Shown one piece after another: positions 28,121 through 38,540 of a stretch of 64,000 bases of DNA (position 1 is its first letter; each line of letters begins with the position of its first letter). The position numbers and the translations under genes are program-made. The notes beneath the pieces were generated by a model. It did not search any database. It was not told where the DNA came from and saw only the letters and a program-made list of their open reading frames with translations. This stretch comes from Bdellovibrio sp. (GTDB lineage: Bacteria; Bdellovibrionota; Bdellovibrionia; Bdellovibrionales; Bdellovibrionaceae): assembly GCA_036677065.1 (NCBI GenBank), contig JAKFBS010000002.1, positions 32,001 to 96,000 of the forward strand, in the 5' to 3' direction.

Positions 28121-28816
28121 ATGAAAAAATTAGTGATCATCCCGACCTATAACGAAATTGAAAATATCCAGGCTTTGCTTCCTGTGTTGATGAAGCTTGA
28201 GCAGAAATTTGACGTGCTTGTTGTTGATGACAGTTCTCCGGATGGCACAGCTAAATTTGTTGAACAGTTTGCCAAAACTGAACCGCGTGTAAATGTATTG
28301 GTTCGCGCTGCAAAGCAAGGTTTAGGTAAAGCTTATTTAGCGGGTTTTGATTGGGGCATGAAAAACAATTACGATGTTTTAACTGAAATGGATGCTGATT
28401 TTTCGCATGCGCCGAAGCACTTAAATGAAATTTTAGCTTTAATTGAACAGCACGATGTCGTGATCGGCTCTAGATACGTTGCCGGTGGTGGTACAGTTAA
28501 CTGGGGATTAATTCGTAAAATTATCTCGCGCGGCGGTAGTTTGTATTCGCGTTTGATTTTAGGCTACCCATTGCGCGATTGGACCGGCGGATTTAATTGC
28601 TGGCGTAAAGAAGTTCTGCATAAAATTAATCTGAGCAGTATTCAATCGAATGGTTATTCTTTTCAAATCGAATTAAAATATAAAGCTTTAAAAAATGGTT
28701 ATAAGATTCATGAAACGCCGATCATTTTCGAAGACCGTCGTGTAGGTCAAAGTAAAATGTCTTTAAAAATTGTGTTAGAAGCTTTTTATAAAGTTTGGCT
28801 TATTAAAGGTTACTAG
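28121..28816 (+). CDS. Polyprenol-monophosphomannose synthase-like GT2 glycosyltransferase
   Basis: IIPTYNE, VVDDSSPDGT, MDADFSH, GSRYV and FEDRRVGQSKMS (DPM1-like). Confidence 0.85.
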   Translation: MKKLVIIPTYNEIENIQALLPVLMKLEQKFDVLVVDDSSPDGTAKFVEQFAKTEPRVNVLVRAAKQGLGKAYLAGFDWGMKNNYDVLTEMDADFSHAPKHLNEILALIEQHDVVIGSRYVAGGGTVNWGLIRKIISRGGSLYSRLILGYPLRDWTGGFNCWRKEVLHKINLSSIQSNGYSFQIELKYKALKNGYKIHETPIIFEDRRVGQSKMSLKIVLEAFYKVWLIKGY

Positions 28817-29808
28817 TTTTTCTTAATAGAGCCCGCGACCACTTTGCGTGAAAGCTTGCGCACGATATTTCTGATCACACGCGCAATCCATAGACTGTCA
28901 CTTTTTCTTGTAAATTTATGCCCCCAATTTTTTGAATTGGGTAATAGCCAATAAAAGAATGGTAAAAACACGCGACGTGGAAACCAGCGTTTAAAATAAT
29001 AAAAAAATTCGGCATCAAAGCTTGCAGGCACCCACAAAGGTGGGCGTTCTGTGCGAATCACATTGTAAGTTAATTCTGCAATTGATTGTGGCGTTGAAAG
29101 GCTGCGATTTTTAAGGTTGGCTACAAAGGGAATCATACTTGTGTACATGTCTTCGTAGGGATGATCTTGCTTGCCGAGCTTTTCAGAGAATTTGATTCGT
29201 GAATGTTGGGCTGAGTGAATAAAACCCGGCTGCACCAAGGCTACATCAATCCCGAATGGGCGTAGTTCGTACCACAGTGATTCCATAGCGCCTTCAAGGG
29301 CGTACTTCGAAGCAGAATACGACGACATGGTCGGAAACGCTAATAGCCCACTCACAGAAGAGATATTAATGATTTTACCTTTCCCGTTCTTGCGCATTTT
29401 TGGCAGTAACATACGAATTAGGCTGACCGGGCCTAAATAATTTTTTTGCATGTGCAGCAAATCATCCTGGTCTTTAGTTTCTTCTAATGATGAACGATAA
29501 CAAATATCTGACGTGTTGATATAGATATCAACACGTCCCCAACGGGCAAAAATTTTTTCAACCGCATCAGTACGACTTTGTTCGTCGACGATATCTAATG
29601 GCATGACCCAAGTGTGTTCGTTTTCGGTAATTTGTGATGCGACATTTGTCAGATCGCGAGCAGTGATAACAACGCGATATTCAGGGTGAGAAGATAATAG
29701 TTTAGCTGTGGCAACTCCGACTTCGGAGCTACCGCCAGTCAGCAAAATTACTGGTTTGTAATCTTGCGTGGGTGAAGCAAACTTATACCAATAGATGTAT
29801 TTATACAT
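28813..29808 (-). CDS. SDR-family oxidoreductase with a degenerate cofactor motif
   Basis: IINISS, YSASK and VQPG are present. TGGSSEVG replaces TGxxxGxG. Confidence 0.8.
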   Translation of the reverse strand: MYKYIYWYKFASPTQDYKPVILLTGGSSEVGVATAKLLSSHPEYRVVITARDLTNVASQITENEHTWVMPLDIVDEQSRTDAVEKIFARWGRVDIYINTSDICYRSSLEETKDQDDLLHMQKNYLGPVSLIRMLLPKMRKNGKGKIINISSVSGLLAFPTMSSYSASKYALEGAMESLWYELRPFGIDVALVQPGFIHSAQHSRIKFSEKLGKQDHPYEDMYTSMIPFVANLKNRSLSTPQSIAELTYNVIRTERPPLWVPASFDAEFFYYFKRWFPRRVFLPFFYWLLPNSKNWGHKFTRKSDSLWIARVIRNIVRKLSRKVVAGSIKKN

Positions 29809-29835
29809 TCTAGAATAAGTTTACTCCCCTTAGAA

Positions 29836-30603
29836 CTATTGTCGATGTTTTTTAATTTCCCAAAAAGAAATCGCAGCTGATACGCTCGCATTTAATGACT
29901 CAATGCTGTGGGTCGGAATATTCACAAATTTCATTTTCTGTAATTGTTCCGATTCGAGACGAAGCCCAGGGCCTTCTTCTCCAAGCCATAGACGAAAATC
30001 CTTTGGCCATTTTTGAGTGGCAATATCTGCACCCTCTAGCTCGAGAGCATAGTTTTCGCCAGTGATTGGTAATTCATTTGTTTTTTGACCAGCTGTGAAA
30101 AATTCAGCTTTTAGCACAGCACCCGCACTTGCTTTGACCGAGTGCGGAAGAAAAGGATGACAGGCCTCTTGAGTCAAAATAATTTTGTTGATTCCAAAAC
30201 CTACCGCAGATCTAGCAAGTGCGCCAAGATTTCTCGGGTCACCAATGGGTAGAACAACTTCTATGCCTTCTGGTTTTTTCTTTAAATCAAGCGTTGGAAA
30301 ATCATCAGCTTCTAACACGAATAGCGGGTAGTGGGTGCCTAATACATCAAGCTCGTTAAAAAGCTCTTGGTTTAAAGTGATCGTGTTAAATGGAAATTTA
30401 GCCGAGTATTTATCAGAACAAACCACTAAATGAACTTTAAAGGCTTTATTTTTAGACTTCGTAAATTCTTTAATAAGTTTATCGCCCATTAAGAAAAACA
30501 ATTTATGTTCTTTAATGCCCTTGGCTGAGAGTAACAAACGCAGTTTTTTAAACAGCGGGTTATCTTTAGATGTAATAGTTTGTTCTTTGTTTTTCATGTT
30601 CAT
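29836..30603 (-). CDS. TrmH/SpoU family RNA methyltransferase
   Basis: ITSKDN, DPRNLGALARS, GEEGPGL and IP...ESLNAS. Confidence 0.88.
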   Translation of the reverse strand: MNMKNKEQTITSKDNPLFKKLRLLLSAKGIKEHKLFFLMGDKLIKEFTKSKNKAFKVHLVVCSDKYSAKFPFNTITLNQELFNELDVLGTHYPLFVLEADDFPTLDLKKKPEGIEVVLPIGDPRNLGALARSAVGFGINKIILTQEACHPFLPHSVKASAGAVLKAEFFTAGQKTNELPITGENYALELEGADIATQKWPKDFRLWLGEEGPGLRLESEQLQKMKFVNIPTHSIESLNASVSAAISFWEIKKHRQ

Positions 30604-30612
30604 CGCTGGTTC

Positions 30613-31428
30613 CTAGAATGAATCGTTCAGAAGAATGTCGTTATCTTCTTCTTCAGGAAGTGGAGCATTTTTAATTTTTTTGAAGATCACTAAACGTCTG
30701 TGATTTTCAGTTTTTGGAAGATCATAGGCGATATCCGCTTTGAGTTCGAAATATTCTGAAAACTCTTTTAAAGCCTTTTCGATCTCAGGATCAACGCCAG
30801 GACCTTTCATGAAATACACTTCGCCACCTTCTTGCAGGCAGCTCATGGTATTTCTTAGGGTATTAGAAATATCTTCTACGGCACGTGTGATTACGCCGTT
30901 CACAGGATAAACGAAGTGCTCGTTAATGTTACGTCCGATAATATCTAAGTTTTCTAATTTTAAATCTTCGCGCACTTCTTTTAAAAATTCGACGCGTTTT
31001 TGTACGCCTTCTCCTAAAAGAATTTTTTCTTTCGGGTATCTGATTTTTAAAGGGATTCCAGGAAAACCAGGACCAGTTCCGACATCGATCAGCGGAAATT
31101 TTAGTTCAGTTAGTTCAGTTAAAATTAAACAATCGATGAAATGTTTGATGGCCACATCTCTTAAGTTTAATAGACGGGTGAAGTTGCGGTTTTCTTGATT
31201 TTTCATCAGAAGTTCATAAAAACGGGCTAGTTTCATGCGCTCTTCGTGTGAACATTTGAAATCGTGGTTACGGAAAATATCCTGCATGCGATCGTTGGCT
31301 TCAGCGGCGGTAAAGATTTGATCCGGCTTTTTATGCTTACCCTTAAGGTCTTCGTGCGAAGTCTTGGTTAATTTTGATGCATTACGAGCCTTGTAAGGGC
31401 TGTAGTTTTCCTTATTTTTGTGCGCCAC
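30613..31428 (-). CDS. rsmG: 16S rRNA m7G527 methyltransferase RsmG family
   Basis: NFTR, KHFIDC, DVGTGPGFPGIPL, TRA and FMKG. GTG start at 31428 after AAAGGA. Confidence 0.85.
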   Translation of the reverse strand: MAHKNKENYSPYKARNASKLTKTSHEDLKGKHKKPDQIFTAAEANDRMQDIFRNHDFKCSHEERMKLARFYELLMKNQENRNFTRLLNLRDVAIKHFIDCLILTELTELKFPLIDVGTGPGFPGIPLKIRYPKEKILLGEGVQKRVEFLKEVREDLKLENLDIIGRNINEHFVYPVNGVITRAVEDISNTLRNTMSCLQEGGEVYFMKGPGVDPEIEKALKEFSEYFELKADIAYDLPKTENHRRLVIFKKIKNAPLPEEEDNDILLNDSF

Positions 31429-31506
31429 GATAATTCCTTTAAGGCATTGTTCATAGCACAGGGCTAAATGCTTGAAAAGACTTAAATTATTTAGAATAAT
31501 AACGAC

Positions 31507-32538
31507 ATGGTAAATCAGCATTTAATCGATATAAAACAAAAAGCCCTAAAAGATTTTCACTCAAGCCAGAACTCAAAAGAGCTGTATCAGTTTAAAGTTC
31601 AGTATTTGGGTAAAACCGGAGCCTTAACCGAAGCTATGAAATTAATGGCCACTCTTCCTAAAGAAGAAAAGCCCTTATTCGGAAAACAAGTCAATGAGGT
31701 TAAAGCTGAGCTAGAAACGGCCTACGCAGGCGTTGAAGCGACTTTGCAAAAAGCTGAAATCGAAGCGCAAATGCTGAATGAAAAGCTAGATTTAACCCTG
31801 TCGGTTACGACTCACGAAATGGGTCACGAGCATCCGATTTACAAAGTAACGCATGAGATTTTCTCTATTATGGCTCGCCTTGGGTATTCACTTCGTACCG
31901 GCGCTTTAATTGAAAAAGATTATTATAACTTTGAAGCTCTAAATATTCCGCCTGATCATCCCGCACGCGATATGCAAGATACATTTTTCGTGGATGAAAC
32001 TCATGTTTTACGTACCCACACTTCTCCAATTCAAATTCACTCATTAGAGAATGAAAAACCGCCGTTACGTATTATTGGTACTGGGCCGGTATTTCGTTGT
32101 GACAGTGATATTTCACATCTTCCGAACTTTCATCAAATTGAAGGTATGTGTATCGATAAAAAAATCTCGATGGCTGATCTTAAAGGAACAATCTCGTTTT
32201 TCGTGCGTGAATTCTTCGGCCCGGGTTTAAAAACTCGTTTTCGCCCAAGCTTTTTTCCATTCACAGAGCCTTCAGCTGAAGTAGATTGTTCGTGCCCGAT
32301 TTGTAAAAGCAAAGGGTGTTCTCTTTGCAAACAAACTGGCTGGATTGAAATTGGTGGTTGCGGATTAATTAATCCTAAAGTTTTTGAACATGCGAAGGTT
32401 CCATATCCAGAATGGCAAGGTTTTGCGTTCGGTTTTGGTGTTGAGCGTATGGCGATTATTAAATACGGCGTAGATGATATTCGCCATTTTCCTAAAAACG
32501 ATGTCCGCTTCTTGAAGCAGTTTTCGGCGGGAGTGTAA
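31507..32538 (+). CDS. pheS: Phenylalanine--tRNA ligase alpha subunit
   Basis: [32 protein letters not shown] and [10 protein letters not shown]. Confidence 0.98.
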   Translation: MVNQHLIDIKQKALKDFHSSQNSKELYQFKVQYLGKTGALTEAMKLMATLPKEEKPLFGKQVNEVKAELETAYAGVEATLQKAEIEAQMLNEKLDLTLSVTTHEMGHEHPIYKVTHEIFSIMARLGYSLRTGALIEKDYYNFEALNIPPDHPARDMQDTFFVDETHVLRTHTSPIQIHSLENEKPPLRIIGTGPVFRCDSDISHLPNFHQIEGMCIDKKISMADLKGTISFFVREFFGPGLKTRFRPSFFPFTEPSAEVDCSCPICKSKGCSLCKQTGWIEIGGCGLINPKVFEHAKVPYPEWQGFAFGFGVERMAIIKYGVDDIRHFPKNDVRFLKQFSAGV

Positions 32539-32539
32539 T

Positions 32540-34984
32540 ATGAAAATTTCATTACAATGGTTAAATGATTTCGTCGACGTCACTGAATTTTACCAAGACA
32601 CGCAAAAATTAGCCGATCTTTTAACTCGTGCAGGTCTTGAAGTTGAAGACATTCAAAATAAAGCCAAAGATTTTCAAAACGTAGTGATCGGTCATATCCT
32701 TGAAAAAGGAAAACATCCAAATGCGGATAAGTTATCACTATGCCAGGTTGAAATTGCTCCAGGCAAAGTTGAGCAAATCGTTTGTGGAGCGCAAAATCAC
32801 AAACAAGGCGATAAAGTAATTGTAGCTTTAGCAGGTGCTGTACTTCCTGGAAACTTCGCGATTAAAAAAGCAAAAGTTCGCGATGTAGAATCAAACGGAA
32901 TGCTTTGTTCTTATAAAGAACTAGGTCTTGCGACTGAGTCTGAAGGTATTGCTATCTTAGATCCTAAAGCACCAGTAGGTCAGTCATTTGCTGAATTTGG
33001 TGGATATGACGATATCGTTTTTGAATTAAAAGTTACGCCGAACCGTGCAGATTGTTTATCTCACTATGGATTAGCTCGTGAAATTGGTTGTTTATTAAAT
33101 AAACCCGTTAAAAATCCCGAAGTGCAAAAGAAGTTTTCTGCGGATTCAACAAAATCTAAAATTAAACTTTCTGTAGATAATTCTGAATTATGCCCGCGTT
33201 ACTGTGGTCGCTATATCACTGGCGTAAAAATCGGCGATAGTCCTGCATGGCTTAAACGTCGTTTAGAAGCGATCGGTATGAACTCGATCAATAATGTAGT
33301 TGATGTTACAAATTATGTAATGCTTGAGATGGGTCAGCCGTTACATGCATTTGATGCTGGCCTTATCGGTGGTCAAACGATCAAGATCAGAAATGCAGCG
33401 CCTGGTGAAAAATTTAAAACTTTAAAAGATCAAGATGTGACTTTTAAAGGTGATGAACTATTGATTACTGACAGCAATGGCGCAGTGGCATTAGCTGGTG
33501 TTATCGGCGGCTTAAACTCTGGCGTGAGTTCGATCACGCAAAATATTTTCTTAGAAGCTGCAAACTTTAAAGCCATGTCTGTACGAAAATCATCTCGTCA
33601 GCATGGGATTGAAACTGATTCTGCATACCGTTTTTCTCGCGGCGTTGATCCAAGTCAAACGCATGAAATTATGGATCGCGCGGTGAATTTAATTCTGCAA
33701 GTCGCGGGTGGTGAAGCTTTAGGTGATCATTATGACATCTACCCAAAACCAGTGACTAAATCTCCTGTGAAAATTAAAGTTCAAACTATTTCTGACCGTC
33801 TTGGTTACCAAGCTGATGCAAAATTATTTGAACAGTATATGAATGGTCTACACTGTAAAGTAGATCGTCTTAACGAAGGTGAATACAGTATTACTCCACC
33901 ATTGTTTAGATTTGATTTAGAGCATGATATGGATCTAGTTGAAGAGTATGCTCGCTTAAAAGGTTATGAGCATATCACTGAAACTCTTCCTTCGTTTGCC
34001 GCAGAACCTGCAAAGCACGATGAAAAATACACAAGCAATCATAAGCTATCGTTATTTTTACGTGGTGAAGGTTATGACCAAGCGTTTAACTATGCTTTCT
34101 TAAGTGAAAATGAAGAAAACAAATGGATCACAAACGCCGATATCTTTAATAAATTAGGTCTAACGATGGATCCGCAAGCCATTAAATTGCGTAATCCATT
34201 AAGCGAAGATCTAAATGTGATGCGCAGATCAATGGTTTACCCAGTATGGAAAAATATTCGCGAGAATTTTCACGCGGGTAACATGAATGGTAAACTTTTT
34301 GAAATCGGTTCAACTTTTACTAAAGTCACTGATTCGGTTCGTCCAGAAGTCGCTTATAAAGAAACAAGAAAACTAATTATTTCGGCTTGGGGTGAAGATT
34401 TTGGTCTTTATTCTAAAAATTATCCATTGGTTTATAAATTAAAATCTACCCTAGAGAGCTTATTTCAAAATTTACAAATCTCAGCCTACACAGTGGCACC
34501 TATTGGTGATGCGCCAGCGTACTTACACAAAGGCCAGTGGGCTGCAATTAATGTTGAAGGTAAAGCGGTCGGTTACATCGGGTCAGTTCATCCAGTTATT
34601 TTAGCTGATGAAAAAATTCGTGTACCAGTTTGTTTTGCTGAAATTAATTTAGATTTATTATTAGCTGGTCAGCCTCGTCCAACAAAATTTAAATCGGTAT
34701 CGGCATTTCAGCCGGTCGATCGTGATTTTGCGTTCGTGATGGAGTCAGCTAAAATGGTTGGGGATCTAACCAAAGAAGTCAAAAAATCAGTGGGAGCGAA
34801 TCTTCAAAGTATGACGGTTTTTGACGTCTACGAAGGGGATAAATTGCCTGCAGGACAGAAATCAGTGGCGTTACGTGTGCGTTTACATTCACAAGATCAA
34901 GCCCTTACAGAGGCGATGATCACTGAAATTACGCAAAAAGTGGTAACTGCTGCACAGAAATCTGTTGGAGCTAACTTAAGATAG
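32540..34984 (+). CDS. pheT: Phenylalanine--tRNA ligase beta subunit
   Basis: HPNADKL, TPNRADCLS, GQPLHAFD, DLVEEYAR and the C-terminal FDVYEG anticodon-binding domain. Confidence 0.97.
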   Translation: MKISLQWLNDFVDVTEFYQDTQKLADLLTRAGLEVEDIQNKAKDFQNVVIGHILEKGKHPNADKLSLCQVEIAPGKVEQIVCGAQNHKQGDKVIVALAGAVLPGNFAIKKAKVRDVESNGMLCSYKELGLATESEGIAILDPKAPVGQSFAEFGGYDDIVFELKVTPNRADCLSHYGLAREIGCLLNKPVKNPEVQKKFSADSTKSKIKLSVDNSELCPRYCGRYITGVKIGDSPAWLKRRLEAIGMNSINNVVDVTNYVMLEMGQPLHAFDAGLIGGQTIKIRNAAPGEKFKTLKDQDVTFKGDELLITDSNGAVALAGVIGGLNSGVSSITQNIFLEAANFKAMSVRKSSRQHGIETDSAYRFSRGVDPSQTHEIMDRAVNLILQVAGGEALGDHYDIYPKPVTKSPVKIKVQTISDRLGYQADAKLFEQYMNGLHCKVDRLNEGEYSITPPLFRFDLEHDMDLVEEYARLKGYEHITETLPSFAAEPAKHDEKYTSNHKLSLFLRGEGYDQAFNYAFLSENEENKWITNADIFNKLGLTMDPQAIKLRNPLSEDLNVMRRSMVYPVWKNIRENFHAGNMNGKLFEIGSTFTKVTDSVRPEVAYKETRKLIISAWGEDFGLYSKNYPLVYKLKSTLESLFQNLQISAYTVAPIGDAPAYLHKGQWAAINVEGKAVGYIGSVHPVILADEKIRVPVCFAEINLDLLLAGQPRPTKFKSVSAFQPVDRDFAFVMESAKMVGDLTKEVKKSVGANLQSMTVFDVYEGDKLPAGQKSVALRVRLHSQDQALTEAMITEITQKVVTAAQKSVGANLR

Positions 34985-34999
34985 GGATAGGATTAAAAT

Positions 35000-35353
35000 A
35001 TGGCAGGACAAAACATCGGAAATTCAACAGTCACGAAAGCTGATATCGTTGAAAAAGTTTATGAGAAAATTGGTTTTTCTAAAAAAGAAGCCAGTGAACT
35101 TGTTGAGCTTGTTTTTAATTCGCTGAAAGATACTTTACACAGCGGTGAAAAAGTTAAAATCTCAGGATTTGGTAACTTTGTTGTTCGCGGTAAAAGCGAG
35201 CGCAACGGACGTAATCCACAAACTGGTGAGCAAATAAAAATTTCTGCTCGTCGAGTTTTAACTTTCAGACCGAGCCAAGTGCTAAAAGCCATGCTGAATG
35301 GTGAAGAGTACGAACATCTGATCGGTAAAGAAGACGAGGAAGATGATGAATAG
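35000..35353 (+). CDS. ihfA: Integration host factor alpha subunit
   Basis: VKISGFGNF, GRNPQTGE and ARRVLTFRP, directly after pheT. Confidence 0.93.
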   Translation: MAGQNIGNSTVTKADIVEKVYEKIGFSKKEASELVELVFNSLKDTLHSGEKVKISGFGNFVVRGKSERNGRNPQTGEQIKISARRVLTFRPSQVLKAMLNGEEYEHLIGKEDEEDDE

Positions 35354-35972
35354 TAATAATAACGAAAATAATCCTTCAGGTGGTAATAAACCTGAAGATC
35401 AAAAAACATCGGGTGCTCATTACGAAGTTTTTCAAACTGAATTTGAGCTACAGCTCGAAGATAATTTTTTATCTGAAGAAGAAACCGCAGCTCCAACAGA
35501 AGTTGAAAAAAGTAAAGAAGCCTTAGAAACGCAAAGAAATCTGAAATCAGATTCTGAAGCTTTTCCAAGTGTTTTAGTAGATGACCAGCTGATGCAAGAA
35601 ATTGCTTCGATCCCAGATCGTTTCGGTTTTAAAATTGGTGATGTTGCAGATCTTTTAGGAATCAAACAGTATGTTCTTCGTTATTGGGAGCAAGAGTTTG
35701 AATTATTAAAACCTAAAAAAGCTTCGAACAACCAACGTTTTTACACGAAAAAAGATGTCGAAAACGCGTTCTTAATTCGTAAACTTTTATACCGCGATAA
35801 GTTCTCGATAGAAGGGGCTCGCCAGGCCTTAAAAGATGTAAAATTCGTCGTTAAAAAAGAAAAAGACAAAGAAAAGGATTTTTCTTCGGTTATTCAAAAG
35901 ATGGATTTTGTACAGGATCAGATCAGAAATTTCGTCTCTGAAATCAGAAAAACTAAGAATTTCTTCAATTAG
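35343..35972 (+). CDS. MerR-family transcriptional regulator with an acidic N-terminal extension
   Basis: FKIGDVADLLGIKQYVLRYWE, RFY and SIEGAR. Typical pheT-ihfA-MerR context. Confidence 0.88.
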   Translation: MMNSNNNENNPSGGNKPEDQKTSGAHYEVFQTEFELQLEDNFLSEEETAAPTEVEKSKEALETQRNLKSDSEAFPSVLVDDQLMQEIASIPDRFGFKIGDVADLLGIKQYVLRYWEQEFELLKPKKASNNQRFYTKKDVENAFLIRKLLYRDKFSIEGARQALKDVKFVVKKEKDKEKDFSSVIQKMDFVQDQIRNFVSEIRKTKNFFN

Positions 35973-36010
35973 CTTGTTATTTTTAGAGGGGGGGCTTATC
36001 ACAGTCCTCT

Positions 36011-37399
36011 ATGAAAAATGACCAACCTAATGCTCTCGCGCTACAAACTGCTACGACTAAACTATTTTCTGATTTAGACCTTATTGAGCCACTTCAACGT
36101 GCGCTTCGTGACCTTAACTACGAAAACCCAACTCCTATCCAAGAACAAGCTATTCCCATCCTATTAGCCGGTAAAGACTTATTAGGCTGTGCTCAAACAG
36201 GTACGGGTAAGACAGCTGCTTTTGCTTTACCGTTACTGCAAAACTTAGCTAAATCTAAAAACCGCCCAGGTCGTCGCCAAGCTTTAGTGCTGGTGTTAGC
36301 ACCTACGCGTGAATTAGCGCTTCAGATCCACCAAAGTTTTGAAGAATATGGTCGTTACTTAGATTTAAAAACTGCTGTAATTTTTGGTGGTGTTGGTCAA
36401 GGCCCGCAAGTTAAAGCCTTATCAAATGGCGTAGACGTGTTAGTGGCGACTCCGGGCCGTTTATTTGACCTATTAGAGCAAAAGCATGTGTATTTAGATA
36501 AAGTGCAGGCTTTCGTATTAGATGAAGCTGATCGCATGATGGATATGGGTTTTATTAACGATATCCAAAAAATTCTTAAGATCTTACCTAAGCAACGTCA
36601 TAACTTATTTTTCTCGGCAACGATGCCAGCCGATATTTCTAAATTAGCGAATAACATTTTAGTTAATCCGGTACGCGTTGAAGTGACTCCGGTAGCGACA
36701 ACAGCTGAAAAAATTGAACAGTGGTTGATGTATGTAGATAAACCGCAAAAACGCGACTTATTAAAACACTTATTAGATGATAAGGCTTTTAAACGCGTGA
36801 TCGTATTCACTCGTACTAAACACGGAGCTAATAAGGTTGCTGAAGTTTTACTTAAATATAAAATCACATCTGCAGCGATTCACGGGAATAAATCTCAAAA
36901 CGCCCGTCAAAGAGCTTTAGAAGATTTTAGATCTGGTCACTGCCGTGTTTTAATCGCTACTGACATCGCAGCTCGTGGTATCGACGTTGATGATATTACT
37001 CACGTGATTAATTTTGAAATTCCGAATGTTCCTGAAAACTATGTTCACCGTATTGGTCGTACTGCTCGTGCTGGACGCGAAGGTATCGCTATTTCTTTCT
37101 GTGATGCTGAAGAAAAATCTTTCATTCGTGATATCGAAAAAACGATGGGAAAAACTATTCCTGTTGTGACTAAGCAGCCTTTTCATTCTAAAGCTGTTGA
37201 ACTTGCGGCTTTAATGTCGCCGGGTAAAGCGAAAGCTAAACTTGAAGCTGGTGAACGCAGTTCTCGCGGTGGTGGTGGAAACCGTCAACGTCGCGGCGGT
37301 GGCGGCGGTCAACGCCGTAGCGGCAGTGGTGGTGGGGGCGGATCTGGCGGTCCGCGCACTGGGTTTCGTGGAAATTCGGGACAATCACGGTCGAACTAA
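36011..37399 (+). CDS. DEAD-box RNA helicase (RhlE-like)
   Basis: Q motif, AQTGTGKT, PTRELA, DEAD, SAT, HRIGRTARAG and a Gly/Arg-rich tail. Confidence 0.93.
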   Translation: MKNDQPNALALQTATTKLFSDLDLIEPLQRALRDLNYENPTPIQEQAIPILLAGKDLLGCAQTGTGKTAAFALPLLQNLAKSKNRPGRRQALVLVLAPTRELALQIHQSFEEYGRYLDLKTAVIFGGVGQGPQVKALSNGVDVLVATPGRLFDLLEQKHVYLDKVQAFVLDEADRMMDMGFINDIQKILKILPKQRHNLFFSATMPADISKLANNILVNPVRVEVTPVATTAEKIEQWLMYVDKPQKRDLLKHLLDDKAFKRVIVFTRTKHGANKVAEVLLKYKITSAAIHGNKSQNARQRALEDFRSGHCRVLIATDIAARGIDVDDITHVINFEIPNVPENYVHRIGRTARAGREGIAISFCDAEEKSFIRDIEKTMGKTIPVVTKQPFHSKAVELAALMSPGKAKAKLEAGERSSRGGGGNRQRRGGGGGQRRSGSGGGGGSGGPRTGFRGNSGQSRSN

Positions 37400-37507
37400 C
37401 AGTCCAATTCTGGATGCAAGTAAAGCATCACAGATAATTTCAGAAATTCTGCAGCGAATAGAGTAAAAGTACTAGTCTATCTAAAAAACTTTGGATAGGC
37501 TTTACTG

Positions 37508-38527
37508 ATGAAGACACTTATCTCCCTTTTATTTGTTTCTTTATTTGTTCAATCTACCTATGCACGTAACTGGGATAGAGTCCAAATTCCCGGCGCCGTT
37601 TGCGGCGATGGGCTTCCTTATACGGTCTTTGTTGATCCAAAAGCTAATTCAAAAAATCTACTGGTTGAGTTTATGGGTGGCGGCGTTTGCTGGGATTTTG
37701 ATACTTGTTATGGCGTAGATTTTAGCGGAATCAATTTCAGAACTTGGATGCACCCCTTAGTAGAAGTGCCGTTTTATAGCTATATGACGAGCGATATGTG
37801 GTTGGTTTCAGATCATCCATTTGTAAAAGATTCGGCGATTTATTTGCCGTATTGCACAGGTGATGTGTTTTCAGCGGATCACCAAGCTAACTATTCTGGA
37901 GTTCCTGCCAACCACCAGGGTTACCGAAATATTTTAATGACGTTTGCTTATCTGAAACAAAAAAACATGATCAATTTTAGTAAAATCGAGCGCTTAACAG
38001 TTTGGGGTGCGTCAGCTGGTGGTATCGGTGCTTTTGTTCATTTAAGAAATATTGAGCCGTATTTTCCGAAAGCTAATAAAATTGCTATCATCGATAGCGC
38101 TGGCCTGCATTTCGGAAAAAACTTCTGGCACAAGTTCACGCCGCGTTTATTCAGTGATTTCTCAAAGGCCTTTGCCGAAGCCGGAGTACAGTTAAACTAT
38201 AATGATGGTTTTATCGCCCAGCATATGGGGCCAGTTTTAAATAACTTAAAACAATGGACGATTGGCATTATGCAATCAACTCGAGACGGCGTTATGTCGA
38301 CGGCATTCGGAGATATTTCGCCAGAGAATCATCGTCAGCTTGTTTTGTCTAATCGTGGAATAGCTGCTGTAGCGCGGCCTTATCCAAATACAAGTGTTTG
38401 GATTGCAGATTCGGATCAACACACGTTTTTATTGCTTCCAACGACTGCAGAAGCGCAGGATATACACAACCAATCTGCAATTAATTTCGTGAATTACATC
38501 GTACAAAAAGCCACTGTTTTAAAATAG
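37508..38527 (+). CDS. Exported pectin-acetylesterase-family serine hydrolase
   Basis: Signal peptide, CGDG, GGGVCW, YLPYCTGD and the nucleophile motif GASAGG. Confidence 0.8.
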   Translation: MKTLISLLFVSLFVQSTYARNWDRVQIPGAVCGDGLPYTVFVDPKANSKNLLVEFMGGGVCWDFDTCYGVDFSGINFRTWMHPLVEVPFYSYMTSDMWLVSDHPFVKDSAIYLPYCTGDVFSADHQANYSGVPANHQGYRNILMTFAYLKQKNMINFSKIERLTVWGASAGGIGAFVHLRNIEPYFPKANKIAIIDSAGLHFGKNFWHKFTPRLFSDFSKAFAEAGVQLNYNDGFIAQHMGPVLNNLKQWTIGIMQSTRDGVMSTAFGDISPENHRQLVLSNRGIAAVARPYPNTSVWIADSDQHTFLLLPTTAEAQDIHNQSAINFVNYIVQKATVLK

Positions 38528-38540
38528 TGGCCAAATTTAA

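Noticed and set aside
35059..35568. 169-aa minus-strand ORF, and similar shadow ORFs such as 19637-20113 and 32133-32552
   Set aside because: They are antisense to well-supported genes and show no family motifs.
37255..37380. GGT/GGC-rich repeat-like tract
   Set aside because: It encodes the ordinary Gly/Arg-rich tail of the DEAD-box helicase.
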